This document shows, piece by piece, positions 42,595 to 54,720 of a stretch of DNA of 64,000 nucleotides; within the stretch, counting starts at the first letter, position 1; each line of letters opens with the position of its first letter. The stretch spans positions 1,184,001 through 1,248,000 of the forward strand of contig CAVWCF010000001.1 in NCBI GenBank assembly GCA_963753435.1, written 5' to 3'. The position numbers were made by a program, and so were the translations under genes. Source of the stretch: an uncultured Actinomycetota bacterium. Its GTDB lineage: Bacteria > Actinomycetota > Actinomycetes > CAVWCF01. The notes under the pieces were generated by a model that was given only the letters and a program-made list of their open reading frames with translations, was not told where the DNA came from and ran no database searches.

Positions 42595-42739
42595 TTGAAC
42601 TCCATTTCCCGAAAATCAATACGGACATTATTGCCGGAAGTCCGTACCGCGCATTCACCGGGCGGAAAATGGGCCCCGCCGAATCGCGCGGCGTGACCGC
42701 CTCCGTCGCTTCGGGGGTGCACATCCGTAGGCTGATGCC

Positions 42740-43189
42740 GTGGGTTACCGAATCGAAGCCGCCGACCCGACCGACGAGCGCGCCCAAGGGGCGCTGACTT
42801 CGTTCCTGGCGGAGATGGCCGAACGCGTCGACACGCGGTTCCTGGACGAGGACGTCCGAGCCCAGGCCAGCAAGCCGGAGTTCTTCGTGTTGGCCCTGGA
42901 CGACAGCGACCGGGCCGTTGGCTGCGGGGCGCTGCGGCAGGTCTCCACCGACACCGGAGAGATCGGGCAGATGTGGGTCAACCCCGTGCTGCGCGGCCGT
43001 GGCATCGGCCGGCGGATGCTGTCCGCGCTGGAGGGCGCGGCGGCCGTGGCCAACTTGGACAGTGTTCGGCTGGAGACGCACGAGAACCTGCACGAGTCGG
43101 TGCTGCTGTTCGAAACCAACGGGTACCAGCGCGTGGAGTCCGGCGAGAACGAGGTCGCCACCCACGTGTACGAGAAGCAGCTCGCCTGA
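42740..43189 (+). CDS. GNAT family N-acetyltransferase
   Basis: VGCGAL, MWV...RGRGIGRRML, VRLET. Confidence 0.88.
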   Translation: MGYRIEAADPTDERAQGALTSFLAEMAERVDTRFLDEDVRAQASKPEFFVLALDDSDRAVGCGALRQVSTDTGEIGQMWVNPVLRGRGIGRRMLSALEGAAAVANLDSVRLETHENLHESVLLFETNGYQRVESGENEVATHVYEKQLA

Positions 43190-43192
43190 AGT

Positions 43193-43692
43193 TCAGAGGG
43201 TCAGCAGCATCCGGGTGTTGCCCAGCGTGCTGGGCTTGACGCGCTCGAGGTCGAGGAACTCCGCGACCCCCTCGTCGTAGGACTGCAGCAACTCCTCATA
43301 GACCTCGTGGCTGACCGGGGCGCCCTCAATCTCGGCGAAACCGTGTGCGGCGAAGAAGTCCACCTCGAAGGTCAGCGTGAATACGCGCTTGACGCCAACC
43401 GCCCGGGCGGTGTCCAGCAGGTGGCGCAGCAACTGCCCCCCGATGCCCTGGCCGCGCAGATCCTGGTGCACCGCCAGCGTGCGCACCTCGGCCAAGTCCT
43501 CCCAGAGCACGTGCAGGGCCCCGCACCCCACAACTTCACCGGCAACCTCGGCGACCACGAACTCCTGCACGTCCTCGTACAGCGTCACCGTCGCCTTGGA
43601 CAGCAGGATCCGCTGCTCGGTGTACTCGTCGATGAGTTCGCGAATCACCTTCACATCGGCTGTGCGCGCCCGGCGCACCATCAGCTCGCCCA

Positions 43693-43693
<1 letters not shown>
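43193..43693 (-). CDS. argA: Amino-acid N-acetyltransferase (short GNAT-type ArgA)
   Basis: VRRARTADV, TLYEDVQEF, HVLWEDLAEVRT, GNTRML. Confidence 0.88.
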
Positions 43694-45213
<1,520 letters not shown>

Positions 45214-45235
45214 GGCGCGCAGGCTACCGGCGCGC

Positions 45236-45300
45236 GCAGGATGTCCCCGTTGAGCGCCGCCGTTGCGGCCTACCGCTAACAGAGCGGCTCTGTGCGGGGT
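45236..45300. repeat. Dispersed palindromic repeat, family C copy 2
   Basis: Shares a 20-bp exact match and flanking similarity with 8375-8437. Confidence 0.7.
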
Positions 45301-45318
45301 AGGCCGGAAGGGAGGCGC

Positions 45319-46074
45319 TCAGTGGTTGCGGTCGTGGATCAGCCGCAGGCCGATCAGGGTGAGATCCGGCTCGTGCGCCGTGATGGTCTCCGACTCCGCC
45401 AGGACCAGGCTGGCCAGTCCCCCGGTCGCCACCACCGCGGTGACCTCGCCGAGTTCGGCGGTGATGCGCCGCACCAGCCCGTCCACCTGCCCGGCGAAGC
45501 CGTAGAGCGCACCGGACTGCAGCGCTTCCACGGTGTTCTTGCCGATCGCCGCGCGCGGGCGCACCAACTCGACCTTGCGCAACTGTGCGGCCCGCGACGC
45601 CAAGGCGTCCAAAGAGATCTCGATGCCCGGCGCCAGCGCACCGCCGAGAAACTCCCCGTTGGCGCTGACTGCGTCCAGGTTCGTGGAAGTGCCGAAGTCC
45701 ACGACGATGCAGGGACCGCCGAACAGCGCGTGCGCAGCAAGCGTGTTCACGATGCGGTCAGCACCCACCTCGCGCGGGTTGTCGGTCAGGACCGGCACCC
45801 CGGTCTTGGTTCCGGGCTCGACGATCACCGAGGTCGCCGACGCGTAGTCGGTGGCCAGCACTGCGCGCATCTCGTGCAGCACCGCCGGCACGGTCGAACA
45901 AAGCGCGACTCCCGTGGGAGTTGGCTCGTTCACGAAGAGGCCGCGCATCAGGAACGCCCACTCATCCGCGGTGCGGCGGGAGTCGGTCTTGACCCGCCAC
46001 GCCCGGTCCAAGCGGTCCCCGTCGAAGAAGCCGAACACCGTCTGGGTGTTGCCGACGTCGATGGCGAGCAGCAT
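45319..46074 (-). CDS. coaX: Type III pantothenate kinase
   Basis: LAIDVGNT, VGADRI, VDFGTST, ATGG. Confidence 0.95.
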   Translation of the reverse strand: MLLAIDVGNTQTVFGFFDGDRLDRAWRVKTDSRRTADEWAFLMRGLFVNEPTPTGVALCSTVPAVLHEMRAVLATDYASATSVIVEPGTKTGVPVLTDNPREVGADRIVNTLAAHALFGGPCIVVDFGTSTNLDAVSANGEFLGGALAPGIEISLDALASRAAQLRKVELVRPRAAIGKNTVEALQSGALYGFAGQVDGLVRRITAELGEVTAVVATGGLASLVLAESETITAHEPDLTLIGLRLIHDRNH

Positions 46075-46977
46075 CACGCCTCCTGTCGTTGCGAGCCGGC
46101 GATGTCCAGGTCCATCGCGATGTCCAGAACTGGCGCCGAGTGGGTCAACGCACCAACGGCCAGGTAATCCACGCCGGTGGCCGCGTAGTCGTGCGCCACC
46201 GCCAACGTGAGACCGCCGCTGGACTCCAACCGGGCCGCGCCCGCGACGCGCCGCACGGCTTCGGCGGTGTCGGGCACCGAGAAGTTGTCCAGCAGGATCA
46301 GGTCGGCGCCGGCGGCCAGGACCGCGTCCAGTTGCTCCAGCGAATCGACCTCCACCTCCAGCGGTAGGTCCGGGAACTGTGCGCGAACCGCATCGAAGGC
46401 GGCCACGACGCCACCGGCTGCGAGGACGTGGTTGTCCTTGATGAGCGCGGCGTCGGCCAGGGACATCCGGTGGTTGACGCCACCGCCGCAGCGAACCGCG
46501 TACTTCTCCAACGCGCGCAGCCCCGGGGTGGTCTTGCGGGTGTCGCGCACGGCGGCACCGGTGTCGGCGATCGCGTCGACCCACCGAGCCGTCAGCGTCG
46601 CGACGCCGGACAGAGTGGCAGAGCAGGTTCAGCGCAGTGCGCTCACCGGCCAGCAACGCGCGCGTCGGGCCGGCCACGGTCAGAACGATCTCGCCGCGCT
46701 GCACGAGGTCGCCGTCGCGGGCCCGGGCGAGGATCTGCAGGTCGCCGGCGGTGGCCACGTGCAGTACCGCCTCGGCGATCGGCAGGCCGGCCAGCACGCC
46801 TTCACCGCGCACCACGAAGTCGGCCACCGACCGCGCATCCGCCGCGATCGTTGCCATCGAGGTCACGTCACCACCGGCCGCGTCCTCCGCCAAGGCGCCC
46901 ACGGCAACCCCAGCCACATCGCTCGGGTCCAGCCCCGCCTGCAGCAACTGGGCAGTGATCTGTTCGGGCAAATTCAT
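46074..46977 (-). CDS. nadC: Nicotinate-nucleotide diphosphorylase (frameshift near 46614)
   Basis: EDAAGGDVT and ERTALNLL in one frame; DTRKTTPG, NHR, IKDNH, EVEV, LLDNF in ORF 46074..46550. Confidence 0.93.
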
Positions 46978-48665
46978 CGGATGTCCTGATCTGCGACGGG
47001 TTCCGAACGCACCGACAACGCGCCCTTGGCGTCCATGGTCTGCACCAACCGGACCCGCCAGACGTCGTCGTCGCGGTCGGGGTAGTCCTCACGCCAGTGA
47101 CTGCCTCGCGTCTCGGTCCGCAGTCGCGCCGCGCCGGCCAACCCCGCCGCCACCGTGGCCAGATTCGCGGCTTCCCAGCAGTCGGTACACGGATCCGCAT
47201 CCGCGTCATGGGCCACGACGTCACCGATGACGCTGAGGGTTTCCGCAAGGCTGTCGTCCGAACGCAGCACGCCGGCTCCCGCCGTCATCGCGCCCGTCAG
47301 TGTTCGCCGAGCGCGCGCCGGCACCAGCCCCTGGTGGTTCTCCAGACCGCGGGACTCTGATTGCGGCGGCAGTCCGGCATCCAGCGCCCGGCCGACCCGA
47401 GCAGCGAACACCAGGCCCTCCAACAGCGAGTTGCTGGCCAAGCGGTTGGCGCCGTGCACACCAGTGCACGCGACCTCGCCGACCGCGTAGAGGCCGCGAA
47501 CGCTGGTGCGGCCGTCGAGGTCGGTGCGCACGCCGCCGGAGGCGAAGTGGCAGGCGGGCGCCACCGGAATCAGGTCGCGCACGGGGTCCAGACCCTGACC
47601 GGCAAGCGTCTCCAGGATCGTCGGGAACCGGCGCGACCAGGTTTCGACACCAAGGTGGCGGCCGTCCAGCCAAACATGCGTTGAGTCGGTCGAACGCATC
47701 CGCCGGGTGATCGCCTTCGCGACCACATCGCGGGGGGCCAGATCCGCGAGCTCGTGCTGGTCGAGCATGAACCGGACCCCGGCGTCGTCCACCAGGAACG
47801 CGCCCTCGCCACGAACGGCCTCGGAGATCAGCGGCTGCTGCCCGGAGGATTCCGGGCCCAGGTACATGACCGTCGGGTGGAACTGCACGAACTCCAGATC
47901 GGCCACGTCGGCACCGGCCCGCAAGGCGACTGCGACCCCGTCCCCGGTGGCAACCGGCGGGTTCGTCGTCTGGCTGTAGACCTGCCCCATCCCCCCGGTC
48001 GCCAGGATGACCGCGCGGGACCGCACCGAACCGACACCGTCTCGTTGTCCTTCGCCGATCACGTGCAAAGTCGCCCCGGTGACCGCACCATCGGCGCCGG
48101 TGAGCAGGTCCAGGACCAGCGCGTGCTCGATCACCTCGATGCCGGGGTCGGCCCGCACCGCCGCCACCAGCGCCCGCGACACCTCCGCCCCGGTCGCGTC
48201 GCCGCCGGCGTGCGCGATGCGATCGCGCAGATGACCGCCTTCGCGAGTCAACTGCAGCGTGCCGTCCGGGTCCCGATCGAAGGCCGCACCGAGTGCGATG
48301 AGGTCGGCAAGCGCCCCCGGTCCTTCGGTGACCAGAACCCGAACCGCCTCCGGATCACACAAGCCGGCACCGGCCACCAGGGTGTCGCGCAAGTGGTCAT
48401 CAGGGGTGTCTCCTGGGCCAACCGCAGCTGCGATGCCGCCCTGCGCCCAACGGGTTGATCCCGCCTCCAGCAGCGCCTTGGTGACCAGCAGCACCGTGCC
48501 GGACCGGCGAGCATGCAGGGCCGCGGTGAGCCCGGCTATCCCCGACCCGACCACGACAACGTCGGCTCGCGCCTCCCATCCGGGCGGCGCTGCCGCAAGC
48601 CGCCTCGGCAAGGGCGCAATGACGCCGTCGGATGCGCGGATCGAGTGCTCCGCCGCGAGGGTCAC
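46974..48665 (-). CDS. nadB: L-aspartate oxidase
   Basis: GSGIAGL, WAQGGIA, REGGH, QFHPT, LISEAVRGEG, HGANRLASNSLLE. Confidence 0.96.
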   Translation of the reverse strand: MTLAAEHSIRASDGVIAPLPRRLAAAPPGWEARADVVVVGSGIAGLTAALHARRSGTVLLVTKALLEAGSTRWAQGGIAAAVGPGDTPDDHLRDTLVAGAGLCDPEAVRVLVTEGPGALADLIALGAAFDRDPDGTLQLTREGGHLRDRIAHAGGDATGAEVSRALVAAVRADPGIEVIEHALVLDLLTGADGAVTGATLHVIGEGQRDGVGSVRSRAVILATGGMGQVYSQTTNPPVATGDGVAVALRAGADVADLEFVQFHPTVMYLGPESSGQQPLISEAVRGEGAFLVDDAGVRFMLDQHELADLAPRDVVAKAITRRMRSTDSTHVWLDGRHLGVETWSRRFPTILETLAGQGLDPVRDLIPVAPACHFASGGVRTDLDGRTSVRGLYAVGEVACTGVHGANRLASNSLLEGLVFAARVGRALDAGLPPQSESRGLENHQGLVPARARRTLTGAMTAGAGVLRSDDSLAETLSVIGDVVAHDADADPCTDCWEAANLATVAAGLAGAARLRTETRGSHWREDYPDRDDDVWRVRLVQTMDAKGALSVRSEPVADQDIR

Positions 48666-48672
48666 TGGGAGG

Positions 48673-49542
48673 TCATAGCACGATCGGGACGTTGTCGAGC
48701 AGCCGAACGCCACGAACCTGCGCAGCGACCATCAGCACGGCTGCGCCGGAGTGATCCGGGTTCACCGGCTCAAAGGAGTCGGCATCGACGAGCGCCAGGT
48801 AGTCCAGCGCCGCGCGCGGCTCACCGGACAACTCCGCACGGGCTGCGGCCAAGACGGCCGCCGGGCCGTCAACTGCCGCGGCCGCTCCGGCGAACAGCGC
48901 TCGCGACAGCACCAGCGCTTGCTCGCGCCCGTCGGAATCGAGATGAGCGTTGCGCGAACTCAGCGCCAGGCCATCCGGCTCGCGCACGGTCGGCACGCCG
49001 ACGATGTGCACCGGCAGGTCCAGATCTCCAACCAGGCGCCGGATCAACGCCAGTTGCTGCGCATCCTTCTCACCGAACACGGCGACGTCGGGCCCGATGA
49101 GGTTGAACAGCTTCGCGACCACGGTCAGGACCCCGTCGAAGTGGCCTGGCCGGGACGCCCCCTCGTAGGTGGTGCCCAGGTCGCCGGCGCTGACGGTGAT
49201 CGCCTGACCGGACCGGCCCTCGGGGTACATCACCTGCTCGGTGGGCGCGAAGACCAGGTCCACGCCCTCCTCCTGGGCAACGATCAGGTCGGCGTCCAGA
49301 GTCCGCGGGTAGGTGTCGAGGTCCTCCCCCGACCCGAACTGCAGCGGGTTCACGAAGATGCTGAGCACCACGACGTCGCCGAGTTCGCGAGCCTGCCGCA
49401 ACAGTGCGCGGTGACCGTCGTGCAGCGCGCCCATCGTCGGCACGAACGCAACAGTGGCCGACTGCGACCGCAGCGCGGCCAACCCCTTGGCCAGTTCGCC
49501 ACGGGTGCGCACCACGACTGGGGTGGTGACGGTCCGGCTCAT
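48673..49542 (-). CDS. panC: Pantoate--beta-alanine ligase
   Basis: PTMGALHDGH, FVNPLQF, RPGHF, FGEKD, GLALSSRN. Confidence 0.97.
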   Translation of the reverse strand: MSRTVTTPVVVRTRGELAKGLAALRSQSATVAFVPTMGALHDGHRALLRQARELGDVVVLSIFVNPLQFGSGEDLDTYPRTLDADLIVAQEEGVDLVFAPTEQVMYPEGRSGQAITVSAGDLGTTYEGASRPGHFDGVLTVVAKLFNLIGPDVAVFGEKDAQQLALIRRLVGDLDLPVHIVGVPTVREPDGLALSSRNAHLDSDGREQALVLSRALFAGAAAAVDGPAAVLAAARAELSGEPRAALDYLALVDADSFEPVNPDHSGAAVLMVAAQVRGVRLLDNVPIVL

Positions 49543-50441
49543 TGCAGCTCCCCACCGATCTCCGCGGACGTTGCGAGCGCCCCAAGTAGTTCCGCCGCAT
49601 CGCCTGGCCGCAGTCGCCGATCCGCCAACGCGCGATCCGCGGTCGCGCGAGCCAGTGCCACATAGGCGGCCGCGGTGCCGGGCTCGTGCGCCGACAGCGC
49701 CTCGACGTGAGCGCGCACGGTGCGCGCGTCACCGCGAGCGACTGGCCCGGTGAGGGCGGCGTCGCCGACGCGCAGTGTGTTGTCAGCGGCCGCGGTGACC
49801 AGCGGCCGCAACAGCCGCTCCGGCTGGGCGACTCCGGCCGCACGCAGCGCGTCCATCGCCTGCGCGATCACGGTCACCAAGTGATTCGAGCCATGCGCCA
49901 ATGCCGCGTGGTACAGAACTCTGGACTCTTCGGCAACCCACTGCGGTTCGGCGCCCATCTCCACCACCAGCGCCTCAGCGACCGGACGCAGCGCCTCCGG
50001 CGCGGTGACCCCGAAGCAGGCTCCCGACAGTCGGCCCAGATCCAGGGAAGTGCCGGTGAAGGTCATGGCCGGGTGCAGTGCCAGCGGCAGAGCGCCCGCC
50101 TGGGTCGCCGGCGACAGGATGGCTGTGCCGTAGCGACCGGAGGTGTGGGCCACGAACGTGCCCGGCGCGATGGCGCCGGTGTTGGCCAGACCGGCCACCA
50201 GTTCCGCAAGCGCGTCGTCGGGTACGGCCAGCAGCAGCAGGTTCGCGCGGGCGGCGACCTCGGGTGGGGGGAGGATCTGCGCGTCGGGCAGGAGCGCCTC
50301 GGCCCGGTCCCGCGACGCGTCTGAAACCGCGGAAACCGCTACGACCCGATGACCGGCGGCGGCGAGCGCGGCGCCGAGCACCGAGCCGGCGCGACCCGCC
50401 GAGATGACCCCGACGTCGAGCCGGGCGTGACCGCTGTTCAT
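49539..50441 (-). CDS. Rossmann-like/DUF2520 protein (PanG-like candidate ketopantoate reductase)
   Basis: SAGRAG, LAVPDD, HTSG, LHPAMTF, YHAALAHGSN, LTGPVARGD; upstream of panC. Confidence 0.85.
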   Translation of the reverse strand: MNSGHARLDVGVISAGRAGSVLGAALAAAGHRVVAVSAVSDASRDRAEALLPDAQILPPPEVAARANLLLLAVPDDALAELVAGLANTGAIAPGTFVAHTSGRYGTAILSPATQAGALPLALHPAMTFTGTSLDLGRLSGACFGVTAPEALRPVAEALVVEMGAEPQWVAEESRVLYHAALAHGSNHLVTVIAQAMDALRAAGVAQPERLLRPLVTAAADNTLRVGDAALTGPVARGDARTVRAHVEALSAHEPGTAAAYVALARATADRALADRRLRPGDAAELLGALATSAEIGGELQ

Positions 50442-50585
50442 TGCCGCTCCTCGCTCCAGTCCACTGGGGTACCGGTCGGTTGAGGCTGCGCCAAGCCTAA
50501 CCGGTGCGGCTGGGATCTGGCTGGCGCGGCCGGGGCCTACCCGCCCACGCTCCCCGCCAAACCGGCCGGGTGTTGGACTAGCCCC

Positions 50586-51558
50586 GTGCGCACGTGGCGA
50601 CAGGCCTGGCAGGAATCGGTGTACGGCGCCGGCGGCTGGGCGCACTCCGCCCTCGGCCCGGCTGGTGCGTTCCGGACGTCAGCCCACAGCCGGGCTTTCG
50701 CCCGTGCGGCCGCGGCGGCGCTCAGCCGCGTCGACACCGCACTTGGTACATCCGTCCACCTTGGACTTCGTAGACATGGGCGCGGGCAGGGGAGAGCTAG
50801 CGGCGGGGGTCGTGGCCGAGTTGCCGGCTGCGCTGGCCGACCGGGTGCGCGCGGTCGGAGTCGATTTGGCGGATCGACCAACCGGACTGCCGGCAAGCAT
50901 CGAGTGGCGGGACGAGCCACCGGACTCGATCCAGGGCCTGGTGATCGCCAACGAGTGGCTGGATGACGTGCCGGTCGAAGTGGTGCAGCGAACCAGCGAC
51001 GGGGACCGGATCGTCCTGGTCGATGAGCAGGGGAACGAAACGCTCGGGCCCGAGGCCGTTGCCGAAGCGGACTGGTTGCAGCGGTGGTGGCCGCTGGCCG
51101 TCGGCGAAAGAGCCGAAGTGGGTGCGCCGCGCGACGAGGCTTGGGCCGACCTTGCCGGTCGGGTGACCGCCGGCTACGCCATCGCCATCGACTACGGGCA
51201 CGTCCGCGGCGAGCGACCCACGAACGGGTCGCTCGTGGGCTACCTCGCCGGGCGACAGGTGCGCCCGGTTCCGGACGGCAGCATGAACCTGACGGCGCAC
51301 GTCGCGATCGACTCGGTGGCCGACGCCGGGCAGCGGCGCGGTCTGAAGACCAGTTGGGTCGGCTCGCAGCGGGACGCCCTGGCCGAGCTGGGCATGCTCG
51401 GCGACCGACCACCGCTGGGTCAGGCCAAGTCCGACCCCGTCGGCTACGTCCGAGCACTCGCCGAGGCCGGGGAACGTGCCGATCTGCGCAACCCCGATGG
51501 CCTGGGCGCGTTCACCTGGTTGGTGCAGTCCAGCGACGGACTGGCGCCGCTGTTCTAA
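50586..51558 (+). CDS. SAM-dependent methyltransferase, MidA/NDUFAF7 family (frameshift near 50748)
   Basis: WRQAWQESVYG...FRTS in ORF 50586; VDMGAGRGEL, ANEWLDDVP, IDYG, NLTAHV, GLGAFTW in ORF 50665..51558. Confidence 0.85.
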
Positions 51559-52736
51559 CCCCGCACGGGGACGCTGGTGAAGCCGCGCAGCACGAACGTC
51601 GGCCGGGCGCTTGGTGAATCCGCCAACTCCAAGCCACTGAAGCGCTCCAGCAGCAACTCCAACGACGTCTGCATCTCGGCGCGGGCCAGTGGCGCACCGA
51701 GGCAGAAGTGGATCCCGGCGCCGAAGGCCAGGTGCGGGTTCGGATCGCGGGCCACGTCGAACTCGTCGGCGTCGGCGAACACCTCCGGGTCGCGGTTGGC
51801 CGACCCGAGCAGCGCCGCGATCTTCTCCCCCGCTCGCACTGTCACCCCGGCGACTTCGACATCGACCTTGGCGGTGCGTTCGAAAAGATGCAGCGGCGAG
51901 TCGAAGCGAAGCATCTCCTCCACCGCAGTCGGCACGAGTGTCGGTGTGGCCAGCAACCGCTCCCACTGCGCGCGCCGTTGCAGTAGCGGCACCAGGCCGT
52001 TTCCGAAGCCGTTGACGCTGGCCTCATGGCCGGCGTTGAGCAGCAGCACCGCGGTGGCCACGAGCTCGCTCTCCGACAGCCGGTCGCTGCCGTCGCGTAC
52101 CTGCACCAGTCGGGTCAGCAGATCGTCGCCGGGGTGCTGGGCCCGGTGCTGTGCCAACTCGGCCACGAAGCCGGCGAACTCATCCGCCGCTACCTGGGCC
52201 TCCGCCTGCTGCTGCGGAGTCGTGGCGTACTCGTACATCTTCACGATCGACTGGCTCCACGGCCGCAACGACGAGCGCTCCGCCTCCGGCACGCCGAGCA
52301 AGTCGGCAATGACCAGCACGGGCAGGGGCTCGGCCAAAGCGGCGATGATGTCGAACGGCTCGCCCGGGTCGACCTGATCGAGTAGTTGCTGGGCCTGCCG
52401 GCGGATCGCCGGCCGCAGGGCCTCGACATGGGCGCGCGTGAACGCCTTGGCGACCAGCGAGCGCAGGCGCGTGTGCTTGGGCGGCTCGCTGTCGAGGATC
52501 GATTCGGAGTGCAGCGAATTGAACGTCTCCCACTCCGGACCGGGCCGGGCGATGAACACACGCCCAAGCCCACGATGCCGAAGGACGGCATCGACGTCGG
52601 CGTGCCGGCTGGCCAGCCACATGTTCAGTTCGGGATGCCACAGCGCGCGACCGGCTGCGCGCAACTCGGCGAACGCTGGGTACGGGTCGGCGACGAAGTC
52701 TGCGTCGTTCAGATCGAAGGCGGCAACGGCGGTCAC
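51555..52736 (-). CDS. Cytochrome P450 (CYP107-like)
   Basis: I-helix LLNAGHEAS, EMLR (ExxR), heme motif FGAGIHFCLGA. Confidence 0.95.
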   Translation of the reverse strand: MTAVAAFDLNDADFVADPYPAFAELRAAGRALWHPELNMWLASRHADVDAVLRHRGLGRVFIARPGPEWETFNSLHSESILDSEPPKHTRLRSLVAKAFTRAHVEALRPAIRRQAQQLLDQVDPGEPFDIIAALAEPLPVLVIADLLGVPEAERSSLRPWSQSIVKMYEYATTPQQQAEAQVAADEFAGFVAELAQHRAQHPGDDLLTRLVQVRDGSDRLSESELVATAVLLLNAGHEASVNGFGNGLVPLLQRRAQWERLLATPTLVPTAVEEMLRFDSPLHLFERTAKVDVEVAGVTVRAGEKIAALLGSANRDPEVFADADEFDVARDPNPHLAFGAGIHFCLGAPLARAEMQTSLELLLERFSGLELADSPSARPTFVLRGFTSVPVRG

Positions 52737-54100
52737 TGTTGCTCCGCCCCGGCCGCCGGGTCCGGCTTCGGACGCATCCAGTGCTCCGGCGCAGAGGCGT
52801 TTCGAGCCGCTCGCGCCAGTTGGACCTGCTCCTCGGCCAACTCGCGGACGGTTTCGACCGATCGCTGCCGGGCCGAGGTGTCCACCGGTCCGGGTGTGGA
52901 ATCCACGTGGACGCTGGCCAGTGACAACGCCCGCTGCCACGGGCCCTGCGTGATGCGGACGCTCTGGGTCCGGGCGTGCGGAACCAGGGCGATGCGTTGG
53001 GTCAACCAACCCGACCTCGACGCGAAGACCAACGGGTCCTGCCCGACAGCCAGCCGGCGTGCCTGCAATGGCGCCCGCCAGCGGGCCGCCTCGGGGGCGG
53101 CGATCAACGGCAACGACTCCACGTCGACGCCAACGAGGATCCGGCTGAGCACTGCGCGGGCCTCAGCTGCATCGGCCACCGGCAACAGGACTCCGCCGCT
53201 GCTGTTCTGCTCGCCGACGACGCCGGCCACGTTGACGCTCACGCGAACCCAGCCGCGCGGCCGCCAAAGCAGCGGCTGCTCCAGTTGGACCGCCTGGACT
53301 CGCCCCGGCGGGACGGTGCGAGCTTGCGTCGTCAGCAGGCCGTGGCGCAGCCGTAGGCCATCGGGGCTCTCGGCGATGGTGAACCCGTAGAACGTCAAGA
53401 ACCGCCCGATCGTGCCGGCAGAAACGGCGAACCCACCGACCAGCACCCCAAACAGCGCGGCCCACTGCCCGGTCACAAAGACGACTCCGATCGCCACGAT
53501 CGCAATCAACGTGCCGACCACCAGGCCGATGTCGAGCAGCGACGACAGCACCAGGGCCCCGTCACGCACGCGCAGCAGCGGTCGCTCAGGGGCCTCCGGG
53601 GCGGGGGCGGTCCCGTCGGTGCGGATGCCCGCAGCCCGGGCCAACAGTTCGGCCCGCATCTGGCGGGCCTGCGGTTCAGCCAAGAAGCGCAGCGGTCGGT
53701 TGCTGCCCGCGCCGCCGGCCATCTCAGGGCGCACCTCAGCCAGCCCCACCAGGCGTGCGATCAGCGGCTGCACGACCTCAACGGACTGCAGCCGGGACAA
53801 CTGCACCCGTCGCTCGGTGCGCTGCAACAGGCCGGACGCGATTCGCAGGTCCCCGTCGGCGTCGAACCAGTAGGTGGTGCGCCACCAAGACACCCAAGCC
53901 GCGGCCAGCCCGAGCAGCACGAACAACATCACGGCCACGAACACGGGCTGACCGAGCGCGTCGCCGAACACAAACCCGGCGCCGATTGCGGCCACGGCGA
54001 CGCGGTCCAGGGAGGCGATGGGAGTCAGCGGATGGGTTCGCTGCGGCAGGGTCTCCTGCAGCGCCACCGCCGACGGCGGTTCGTACGGTTGCTGCGTCAC
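52733..54100 (-). CDS. Bacterial PH-domain membrane protein (YdbT-like)
   Basis: RTHPLTP, repeated TM plus PH units (SRLQSVEVVQP, GRVQAVQLEQP, ARTQSVRITQGP). Confidence 0.85.
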   Translation of the reverse strand: MTQQPYEPPSAVALQETLPQRTHPLTPIASLDRVAVAAIGAGFVFGDALGQPVFVAVMLFVLLGLAAAWVSWWRTTYWFDADGDLRIASGLLQRTERRVQLSRLQSVEVVQPLIARLVGLAEVRPEMAGGAGSNRPLRFLAEPQARQMRAELLARAAGIRTDGTAPAPEAPERPLLRVRDGALVLSSLLDIGLVVGTLIAIVAIGVVFVTGQWAALFGVLVGGFAVSAGTIGRFLTFYGFTIAESPDGLRLRHGLLTTQARTVPPGRVQAVQLEQPLLWRPRGWVRVSVNVAGVVGEQNSSGGVLLPVADAAEARAVLSRILVGVDVESLPLIAAPEAARWRAPLQARRLAVGQDPLVFASRSGWLTQRIALVPHARTQSVRITQGPWQRALSLASVHVDSTPGPVDTSARQRSVETVRELAEEQVQLARAARNASAPEHWMRPKPDPAAGAEQQ

Positions 54101-54582
54101 AGGCCGCTGGACCTGGCTTCGCCCAGTGCGGCGAGTCGATCGCGCAGCGCGCCGGCGACGTCCTTGGGCAGGCCGGGGATGACTGCATCGGTGGTGGCGG
54201 CCGCTGTGTGCAACTGGAGTCGAGCCAACCCAAAGGATCGGTCCAGAGGACCGGCGTCGACGTCGACCAGTTGCATGCGGCCGTACGGCACGATGACTAG
54301 GCGTTTGAAAGCGATGCCGTGAGTGACCAACAAGTCGTCGGCGCGTTCGGCGTAACCAAGCGCCCGAACCTGGCGACCGATGAGCCACCAGGACCACGAC
54401 ATGAGCGCCACACCGATGACAGCGGCCAAGGCCGACCACAACGGTGCCAAGAACCAGCCCGCAACAGCGAAGGCGGCCGTCAGGATCGCCAGCAGCGAGA
54501 TAGACACCAACCGCCGAACCGTCGCGAGCTTCGGCGAGACCCGCTGCCAGCCGGACTCCGGCGGCGCGAAGGCGTCACTCAT
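54097..54582 (-). CDS. Bacterial PH-domain membrane protein (YdbS-like)
   Basis: Two TMs, [26 protein letters not shown]. Confidence 0.87.
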   Translation of the reverse strand: MSDAFAPPESGWQRVSPKLATVRRLVSISLLAILTAAFAVAGWFLAPLWSALAAVIGVALMSWSWWLIGRQVRALGYAERADDLLVTHGIAFKRLVIVPYGRMQLVDVDAGPLDRSFGLARLQLHTAAATTDAVIPGLPKDVAGALRDRLAALGEARSSGL

Positions 54583-54720
54583 GCGGTCAGCGTATGCCAG
54601 CGCACGCACCCGATCGTTCGCTACGGTCCAGCGCGGATCGGGAGGTTGCCGTGGACCGATTCGGCGTCTTCGTTGCCGCAGTGCCAGACGCTTCGTGACA
54701 ACGTCTGCCAAGATCGCCGC

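Noticed and set aside
45319-46977. Apparent NadC-CoaX fusion (552 aa)
   Set aside because: Caused by a frameshift near 46614; the middle is out-of-frame sequence and the real NadC C-terminus is in ORF 46074..46550.
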